From positions 1-13,502 of the forward strand of contig JBGQMB010000024.1 of the NCBI GenBank assembly GCA_041500405.1: 13,502 bases of DNA. Reading direction: 5' to 3'. The notes under the pieces were generated by a model. It was not told where the DNA came from. It saw nothing but the letters and a program-made list of their open reading frames with translations, and made no database searches. Position numbers and translations under genes: made by a program. Positions 7,337-13,502 of the stretch are shown here, one piece after another (position 1 is the first letter of the stretch; every line of letters begins with the position of its first letter). The DNA comes from Candidatus Micrarchaeia archaeon (lineage in GTDB: Archaea; Micrarchaeota; Micrarchaeia; Anstonellales; J096).

Positions 7337-9844
7337 TTAAAGGCCGGCCTCCTTCCTCAGGAGCTCCGCCTTGTCTGTCCTTTCCCACGTGAAGTCCGGG
7401 TCCTCCCTGCCGAAATGCCCGTATGCCGCAGTTTTCCTGTATATGGGCCTTTTGAGATTGAGCTGTGCGATTATGTCGGCCGGCTTCACTGGAAAGTGCT
7501 TTTCCGCAAGCGCAGAAATCTTTTCTTCCGGTATCTTTGCGGTTCCGAATGTCTCCACATAGATGGAGACCGGCTTTGCAACGCCGATGGAGTACGCAAG
7601 CTGGACCTCGCACTTGTCCGCAAGGCCTGCTGCAACAATGTTCTTTGCGATATAGCGGGCCGCGTATGACGCGCTCCTGTCAACCTTGGACGGGTCTTTT
7701 CCGGAATTGTGGCAGACGAAGCCATTGGCTGTGAACGTATGCGACTGCGGGATGCTCAGATCATACGTGTGCGCAAACGACGGAATTGCCCTTGTCAAGC
7801 GCGTATAATGATGCTGCATGAAATGGAGTGTCTTGAGATACTCGAAGTCCAGCTCTCCGCGCAATTGGTTTTCATACGTGCTTATGAATTCGCCAAGCTT
7901 TTCATAAGTCAGTTCCTTGGTGGCTTTTCCGGCCCGGCTGCGCGTAAATCTTCCTATGCTGCAGATATCCGCCTGCCTTTCAGCTGAGGAAAGCTTTTCG
8001 AATAAACGTTTTACCCTGCCGGCCTGGTTCGGTACGGTCAACCTGTTTCTTTTGCCATCGGAAAAAAGGGATGCCAGAATGCTTTGCTTCCTAGGCAACC
8101 CAAAACCGATTTCATTTTTGAAAATACGGCTGCTTTCGCTGCCTTTCAGGACGACATGGTACAGAACGTGCTTTGAAATCACCGTCCGCCCGCTTATGGC
8201 GCTTTTCTTTCCGCGCGCATCAAATGCGTAGATTTTTGAGATTATGCCGAAGTTCAGCAGAAGCAACTGGACTTCGCCGGCAAGCTCTCTTGAAGTGGCG
8301 GCAAGGTGGATTTTTGGCGTTGTTTTGTTTCTCCCCTCTTTTCTTACGCAACCGTCCGTATCAAAGAGGCCCCTCAGGAACGCCGCCATCACCGGCTTGC
8401 TTGCACCGAAAATGCTTTTCGGGACCTTTTTATCAAAGGATTTTTCATATCCCAACCCGAGATGCTTCAAAAACGCCCTTAATTCAACGCCGCCCGCATA
8501 GAGCCAGTGGCCGAAGATTTTGGGTTTATTGCCGAATAATCCATTAAACAGCCGCCCGAAAGTTTCTTTCTCTTCATTGCCGCAAGCGCATACCTTGATG
8601 CATCCTTCATCCGTGCAGTCGCCGTCGCCAACAAGCAGACCAAGCAGATACCCGTAATCGACCGTAAGCTTTTTGGGGTACTCAAATTTGTTTTTCTTTC
8701 CATCAGCGGTTCCTTCCCGGTAAACGAACCTGAATGCAGGGATCTCATCGTTTCCAAACAGGCGGTTTTTAGTCTGGATTGCCAGATTGTCCGCCGTTTT
8801 CAGTTCGCCAAGCATGCGCCATGCATAGTTTCCGTCCTCGTCAATCACCCTTATCCTGTGATTGGGCGTACCTTCCAGCGAAAAACCGTCTCTGGTCTCT
8901 ATCTTTACAGTTTCCCTAGTGCCATTGTCATACCATTCCCCGGCATTCATTGGATGAACGTCTGTTTTTACCAAAAGTCCTTTTCCACCGACTTCGCCGC
9001 AGTCTTCTATCGGCACTAAGCCTGTTTCCGCGTTCACCAGGGAATTGCCTGCGAGGCAGAAGCAACCGCCGCCGTGCCTTGAGTATCCGCCATAAGTGTC
9101 TACTATGATTTTTCTTCCGGTCACTCCGGTGTCCGCTTCAGGGCCGCCAATCGAGAACACGCCGGTCTCGTTGACAAAGAACTTTGTGTCTTTGTCCAGC
9201 CATTTTCCGCAAACAGGCTTTACTATGTGCTCTATTACCTGCGCCTTTATTTCCTCCCTTTTCATGTCCGGGTGGTGGTGCACTGCGACAACGACCGCGT
9301 CAACCCTCTTGGGCTTTCCGTCAATATATTCCACTGTGACCTGGGACTTGCCGTCAGGCCTTACCCATTTTAGTATGCCTTTTTTCCTCACTTCCGCAAG
9401 CCTCATTGTTATGCCATGCGCAAGCATTATCGGCAATGGCATGAGCTGCGGCGTCTCCTTGCATGCAAATCCAAACATCATGCCCTGGTCCCCTGCGCCC
9501 TGCTCGTGCTTTGCGGAAGAATCAACGCCTACCGCGATGTTCCTGCTCTGCTCGTGTATTGAAACAAGGACTCCGCAGTCTGAAGAATCAAGCCCGAACT
9601 CCGGGTCTGTGTATCCGATGTCCTTTAGCGTGCTCCTTATCACCGCAGGTATGTCCACGTAGCAGTTTGTCGTGACCTCTCCCGCCACCATCACAAGGCC
9701 TGTTGTCGTAAGCGATTCCACCGCAACCCTTGCGTCGGGGTCCTTGGCAAGCATCGCGTCAAGTATAGCGTCTGAAACCTGGTCGCATATCTTGTCAGGA
9801 TGGCCTTCTGTAACGGATTCTGATGTTATCTTAAAGCTTTTCAT
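7337..9844 (-). CDS. metK: S-adenosylmethionine synthetase, bacterial/eukaryal type, intein-containing (835-aa precursor, 384-aa spliced)
   Basis: [52 protein letters not shown] and [12 protein letters not shown] 9844 is preceded by SD aggtg. Confidence 0.97.
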   Translation of the reverse strand: MKSFKITSESVTEGHPDKICDQVSDAILDAMLAKDPDARVAVESLTTTGLVMVAGEVTTNCYVDIPAVIRSTLKDIGYTDPEFGLDSSDCGVLVSIHEQSRNIAVGVDSSAKHEQGAGDQGMMFGFACKETPQLMPLPIMLAHGITMRLAEVRKKGILKWVRPDGKSQVTVEYIDGKPKRVDAVVVAVHHHPDMKREEIKAQVIEHIVKPVCGKWLDKDTKFFVNETGVFSIGGPEADTGVTGRKIIVDTYGGYSRHGGGCFCLAGNSLVNAETGLVPIEDCGEVGGKGLLVKTDVHPMNAGEWYDNGTRETVKIETRDGFSLEGTPNHRIRVIDEDGNYAWRMLGELKTADNLAIQTKNRLFGNDEIPAFRFVYREGTADGKKNKFEYPKKLTVDYGYLLGLLVGDGDCTDEGCIKVCACGNEEKETFGRLFNGLFGNKPKIFGHWLYAGGVELRAFLKHLGLGYEKSFDKKVPKSIFGASKPVMAAFLRGLFDTDGCVRKEGRNKTTPKIHLAATSRELAGEVQLLLLNFGIISKIYAFDARGKKSAISGRTVISKHVLYHVVLKGSESSRIFKNEIGFGLPRKQSILASLFSDGKRNRLTVPNQAGRVKRLFEKLSSAERQADICSIGRFTRSRAGKATKELTYEKLGEFISTYENQLRGELDFEYLKTLHFMQHHYTRLTRAIPSFAHTYDLSIPQSHTFTANGFVCHNSGKDPSKVDRSASYAARYIAKNIVAAGLADKCEVQLAYSIGVAKPVSIYVETFGTAKIPEEKISALAEKHFPVKPADIIAQLNLKRPIYRKTAAYGHFGREDPDFTWERTDKAELLRKEAGL
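7706..9058 (-). mobile_element. Class 1 intein with LAGLIDADG homing endonuclease, 451 aa
   Basis: Block A CLAGNSLV (Cys1), block B GTPNHRI, endonuclease blocks [10 protein letters not shown] and [10 protein letters not shown], block F TYDLSIP-HTFTANG, terminal His-Asn followed by Ser+1. Confidence 0.96.
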
Positions 9845-9925
9845 GTTGGCACCTGGCTCATTGTTGAACAACAAGTTTTTTAAAATCAGTTTTAATCATT
9901 GAAAAAGTGACTGGAAGGCAATAGG

Positions 9926-9938
9926 AACGTATTTAAAC
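9926..9938 (+). promoter_or_regulatory. Promoter core aacgtatttaaac upstream of the orphan at 9961
   Basis: 13/13 identical to 917-929; 35 nt from core start to ATG, versus 36 and 35 for the other two copies. Confidence 0.6.
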
Positions 9939-9960
9939 CCTATCAGACACTATTAACGCA

Positions 9961-10596
9961 ATGACTACCAGCATAACCCAAGCACCGGCATTGGCTCTAG
10001 GGCATACCCCAGCCCCGCGCATACACGAGGATTGCATAGCGGACGAGTCGTTGCCAACGTCAAAGGCGGGGATAGTGATAAAGCTGGTAAGGAGACTCAA
10101 CAGGGTCCTGGGCCAGTACTCAAAGGAGAACGAGGAAAGGATTGGCAAGGATATTGTAATCCTGATAGAAGGCATAAAGAGAGAGGAACACAACAAGTTC
10201 ATGACTGGGAATTTCGTGAATAGGCTGGTTACGGGAAAGGACATACTGAAGGAGGTTTACAAAAGCGCCAAGTATTTAACCCTGGAGTTAGGCCAGCTGA
10301 TGCACGAGGGGGTGCTTGAAAGCAAGGCCGAGCAAGAGCACAACAACAAGAAAATTGAGGAAGAAAAGGAAAAGGTGACCCGCATAATATGGGCAATAAG
10401 GTTCGAGCTCAGGATTCTTGAAATGACGATTAATAATGAAAGCTACGATTACCTGATTACCGACCAAATCAAAACAGAGGTCAACAAGTTCATACCCGTG
10501 ATAAGGTCGGATATTGACAAGTTCTGCGCTGTGCATGGGATAAAGGAGCCTCAGCCCAGTATAAACGAACCGCCAAGCACAGCATCTCCGGAATAA
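9961..10596 (+). CDS. Hypothetical, probably alpha-helical protein, 211 aa
   Basis: Only long ORF between metK and mnmA; has its own promoter; E/K-rich. Overlaps the mnmA 3' end by 46 nt. No family recognised. Confidence 0.7.
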   Translation: MTTSITQAPALALGHTPAPRIHEDCIADESLPTSKAGIVIKLVRRLNRVLGQYSKENEERIGKDIVILIEGIKREEHNKFMTGNFVNRLVTGKDILKEVYKSAKYLTLELGQLMHEGVLESKAEQEHNNKKIEEEKEKVTRIIWAIRFELRILEMTINNESYDYLITDQIKTEVNKFIPVIRSDIDKFCAVHGIKEPQPSINEPPSTASPE

Positions 10597-11657
10597 AAGG
10601 CGGCGATTTGGCCGGGAGCCACTGCCCAGATGGGCTTTTCCTTCATTTTGACTTCAGCATAGCCGGCCCTTTGCGTTATGGCTGCGCTTTGCGGCTCCAT
10701 CCTGTTCCTGACAACAACTTCAACGTCCATTGATTCGCCTTCCTTTAGCGGAGGCACGGAGCACCAGTTTATGGGCCCGACGCGGAAAGAACCCTTTAAC
10801 GGGCTCTTGAAGCTTCCAACAACAACCTTGCCCGACTTTGCGTCTATTTCCTTGACGAAGTGGGGCTCGCTGGATTCTATGCCAAGGCCCCTTCTTTGGC
10901 CTATTGCGAAACAGTATATGCCGCTGTGCCTTGCAAGGACCTTTCCTGTTGCGTCAACAATGTCGCCTTCCATTTTTCCGGCTTTTGCCTCCATATATTC
11001 CTTCCTTGGGCATTTGACAAAGCACAGGTCCTGGCTTTCCGGCTTTTCGTGGACGTTGAGATTGAGCAAGGCTGCAATCTCCTTGACCCTCTTTTTCTGG
11101 AGATGCCCCATTGGAAAAACGGATTTGGAAAGCATTTCCTGGGTAAGCATGGAAAGCACATAGGTCTGGTCCTTGAATTTGTCCACCGGCTTCATCAGGG
11201 CATATCTTTTGCCGTCGAAAAAAGACCTTGCGTAATGGCCGGTTGCATAAAAATCATTGTGCTTGAGCGCGTGCTTCATCAGCATGCCGAATTTTATGAA
11301 AAGGTTGCACTGCACGCAGGGGTTTGGCGTAAGGCCGTTAAGGTAGCTTTCAACAAAGTAGCTGACCACCTTTTCCTTGAAAAGGGATTTCACGTCAACT
11401 GTCTCGAATGGGATGCTGAGCTTTGCCGCCACCGATTTGGCGTCATCGAGCGCGGCCTTGTTGAACGCAGGGTCTGTTTCCGGGAGGGTCAGCATGTGGA
11501 GCCCTGTCACTTTGGCGCCTGCCAGCTTGAGGAGCGCGGCTGTTGTTGAGCTGTCAACGCCCCCGCTCATCGCGACCGCGACCCTTTTTCCTTCCATTGA
11601 GCGCAGCAGGGAAAGCAGCTCCTGCGGAAGATCCAGCTCATCCAGGGTTTTTTGCAT
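10551..11657 (-). CDS. mnmA: tRNA 2-thiouridine(34) synthase MnmA (bacterial type, CxxC + C)
   Basis: PP-loop AMSGGVDSS, TPNPCVQCN, ATGHYAR, KDQTYVL, KPESQDLCF, IGQRRGLG and VAPGQ. Confidence 0.96.
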   Translation of the reverse strand: MQKTLDELDLPQELLSLLRSMEGKRVAVAMSGGVDSSTTAALLKLAGAKVTGLHMLTLPETDPAFNKAALDDAKSVAAKLSIPFETVDVKSLFKEKVVSYFVESYLNGLTPNPCVQCNLFIKFGMLMKHALKHNDFYATGHYARSFFDGKRYALMKPVDKFKDQTYVLSMLTQEMLSKSVFPMGHLQKKRVKEIAALLNLNVHEKPESQDLCFVKCPRKEYMEAKAGKMEGDIVDATGKVLARHSGIYCFAIGQRRGLGIESSEPHFVKEIDAKSGKVVVGSFKSPLKGSFRVGPINWCSVPPLKEGESMDVEVVVRNRMEPQSAAITQRAGYAEVKMKEKPIWAVAPGQIAAFYSGDAVLGGSFILG

Positions 11658-11664
11658 ATTACAG

Positions 11665-11688
11665 CATATCCAGGGATATGTTTTAATT
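11665..11688. promoter_or_regulatory. Palindrome catatcc-ag-ggatatg abutting an AT-rich TATA-like element in the divergent mnmA / 11708 spacer
   Basis: Perfect 7-bp arms at 11665-11671 and 11674-11680, then ttttaatt at 11681-11688. Confidence 0.5.
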
Positions 11689-11707
11689 CATTGCAGGGCA
11701 AAGCGCC

Positions 11708-12364
11708 ATGATGAAGCTCATTGTCATGCTTGCCCTGCTGGTTTCAGTATCATTTGCCTGGGACTGGGACACGCACCAGTGGTTTGCCGGAAAACTGTGC
11801 GAGGCATACAACTGCAGCTGCATGGAAGAGGCCAAAGCAGGGGCGATAGCCCCTGACCAGGTTTTCAAGGACACGTTCTACCATCACCTTTACGACCCTG
11901 CAACATGCGTGCCGAGCCCGTATTATACCTGCCCTACGGAATATGACGCCGCTGCGATAGTCAGGATGAATGCCTGGCTTTCAAACGTTTCGAAGCCGTG
12001 GAACTGCGAAGACTGGTATAATATAGGCGTCGCATCGCACTATTTCGCTGACTCAAAGGTCATATGGCACAATGTAAAGAACGAGGATTATGACAAGTGC
12101 CACAAGCCGTTCGAAGACAAGGTCGGCGAGTTCTTCAAGAAGGGGCAGACGGATTTCTCGGCAACGCAATGCGGGGAAACCGTTTACGGAAGCAATTTCA
12201 CGGAATGGGGCGATGAGCTTATCAGGATGATTGACCCGGGCGGAGCCGTTAAGTTCAATGAAAACAGACAGCAGGCGGGAATTGGCATTGCGGTTGCTTT
12301 GGTCGCGGCGCTCATGGCGGCCATGACTGTTGCATTCCGCATTTGGAGAAAAAAACGAAGATGA
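11708..12364 (+). CDS. Secreted, C-terminally membrane-anchored zinc-dependent phospholipase C / S1-P1 nuclease-fold protein
   Basis: Signal peptide ending SFA, mature N-terminal W-x4-H (WDWDTH), GAIAPD, HHLY, GVASHYFAD, WH and HKPFE. C-terminal TM helix followed by WRKKRR. Confidence 0.75.
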   Translation: MMKLIVMLALLVSVSFAWDWDTHQWFAGKLCEAYNCSCMEEAKAGAIAPDQVFKDTFYHHLYDPATCVPSPYYTCPTEYDAAAIVRMNAWLSNVSKPWNCEDWYNIGVASHYFADSKVIWHNVKNEDYDKCHKPFEDKVGEFFKKGQTDFSATQCGETVYGSNFTEWGDELIRMIDPGGAVKFNENRQQAGIGIAVALVAALMAAMTVAFRIWRKKRR

Positions 12365-12368
12365 GAGC

Positions 12369-12423
12369 CAGGGAAGGTTTATATGCCTTCCATGATATAT
12401 CCCAATATAGATATAGTGGGGAT
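12369..12423 (+). promoter_or_regulatory. ABC operon promoter: TATA (tttatat 12378-12384) inside an inverted repeat, plus a second imperfect palindrome
   Basis: ggaagg (12372-12377) and ccttcc (12386-12391) flank the TATA; atccc...gggat spans 12399-12423. Confidence 0.5.
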
Positions 12424-12428
12424 TAGAC

Positions 12429-13409
12429 ATGCAGGCAATAAGCATAAAGGGCTTGACAAAGAGGTTCAACGGATTCACGGCAGTGGACGGAGTGTCCTTT
12501 GATGTCAACGAGGGCGAGCTGTTCGGGCTTTTGGGGCCGAATGGCGCTGGGAAAAGCACTATAATGTACATGCTCACGACCCTACTGGAGCCGACATCCG
12601 GAGCCGCCACGATCAACGGGTTTGACATGCGCTCGCAGCAGGACGGCGTGCGCAAGTCAATAGGCATAGTGTTCCAGGACCCGACTGTCGACACCCGCCT
12701 CAGCGCCTACGACAACCTGGACCTGCACGGCAGGCTGTACGGCATGGATGCGCAGTCAAGAAAGGAAAGGATAAATGAGGTTCTGGAGCTGGTGGAGCTC
12801 ACAGACTGGAAGGACAAGATGGTAAGGACGTTTTCCGGAGGCATGCGGCGCAGGCTTGAAATCGCGCGGGGCCTGCTCCATACGCCAAAGATACTGTTCC
12901 TTGACGAGCCGACGCTTGGCCTCGACCCGCAGACCCGCAGGCACATCTGGAGCTACATCGAGAAGCTGAAGAAGGAAGGCATAACGATAATACTTACGAC
13001 GCATTACCTTGAGGAGGCGAACTACCTCTGCGAGAGGGTTGCGATAATAGACCATGGCAAAATAAAGGTCATGGATTCCCCAAAAAACCTGAGGAACGCA
13101 ATCGGCGGCAGCATAATGTCAATAGGCTCAAGCGACCCGGAAGGGCTTTGCCGGATACTCAAGAAAAACGGCCTTTCCGACGGCGCAAAGATAGATGGAG
13201 GCACAGTATCGTTCACTGTGAAGGACGGCGCCAAGATGGTGCCGAAAATAATGCAGCTTGCGATGAAAGGCGGCATAAGCGTGGAAAGCATAGAGGTGCA
13301 CATTCCAAGCCTGGAGGACGTGTTCATCTATTACACTGGCTCGGGCATAAGGGAGCAGACCGGCGGGGAAGACGAAATGAAAAGGAGGATGATGTCGCAT
13401 GGGCATTGA
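12429..13409 (+). CDS. ABC transporter ATP-binding protein (DrrA-like exporter family)
   Basis: Walker A GPNGAGKS, signature FSGGMRRRLEIARG, Walker B ILFLDEPT, H-loop TTHY, C-terminal SLEDVFI. Confidence 0.96.
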   Translation: MQAISIKGLTKRFNGFTAVDGVSFDVNEGELFGLLGPNGAGKSTIMYMLTTLLEPTSGAATINGFDMRSQQDGVRKSIGIVFQDPTVDTRLSAYDNLDLHGRLYGMDAQSRKERINEVLELVELTDWKDKMVRTFSGGMRRRLEIARGLLHTPKILFLDEPTLGLDPQTRRHIWSYIEKLKKEGITIILTTHYLEEANYLCERVAIIDHGKIKVMDSPKNLRNAIGGSIMSIGSSDPEGLCRILKKNGLSDGAKIDGGTVSFTVKDGAKMVPKIMQLAMKGGISVESIEVHIPSLEDVFIYYTGSGIREQTGGEDEMKRRMMSHGH

Positions 13410-13502
13410 AGTTTCAAAGGCATATGCAGTATGGCTCCGCGAAGTCAAAAGGTTCACAAACTCCAAGTCAAGGATGGTGGGAAGCCTGGGCCAGCCGCTC
13501 CT
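13399..13502 (+). CDS. ABC-2 type permease, 5' part (runs off the window)
   Basis: Hand translation MGIEVSKAYAVWLREVKRFTNSKSRMVGSLGQPL matches the typical ABC-2 permease N-terminus (W-x-RE-x-KR...QP). Overlaps the ATPase 3' end by 11 nt. Confidence 0.85.
   Translation, partial: MGIEVSKAYAVWLREVKRFTNSKSRMVGSLGQPL

Noticed and set aside
10554..10574. mnmA end (GGSF) resembles ybhB end (VGSF) as a shared integration target
   Set aside because: Match is only about 8 of 9 nt, and no duplicated mnmA end is visible near 9885-9925.
11708..11714. ATGATGA resembling a box C motif (C/D sRNA near nop5)
   Set aside because: It is the Met-Met start of a CDS and no CTGA box D lies at a suitable distance.
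1210..13466. Long antisense or alternate-frame ORFs (e.g. 1210-1899, 2595-3242, 9096-9662, 10860-11549, 12053-12694)
   Set aside because: Shadows of well-supported genes with no motifs or expression signals.

Overview
Archaeal chromosomal window. Evidence: Nop5, an archaeal-type endonuclease IV, TATA-type promoters with mostly leaderless starts, and GGTG Shine-Dalgarno sites. A DPANN/Micrarchaeota-like lineage is my inference only. The housekeeping backbone is mevalonate kinase (3' part), nop5, nfo, a YbhB/YbcL lipoprotein, a bacterial-type metK split by a 451-aa LAGLIDADG intein, bacterial-type mnmA, a membrane-anchored Zn-PLC/S1-P1-like enzyme and an ABC exporter. Interleaved + strand accessory genes are an uncalled 50-aa ORF, an atypical protein kinase, a GT4 glycosyltransferase, two orphans, a GNAT and an ankyrin protein. 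Most notable signals: (1) the ankyrin gene and its promoter sit between 21-bp direct repeats that both encode the last codons of ybhB, like an att-type insertion, with no recombinase in the window; (2) a 25-nt promoter element is near-identical before the kinase and GT4 genes, and its core recurs before a distant orphan; (3) the MetK intein; (4) Nop5 carries an RGG-rich N-terminus in place of its usual N-terminal domain. No rRNA, tRNA or CRISPR array was seen.
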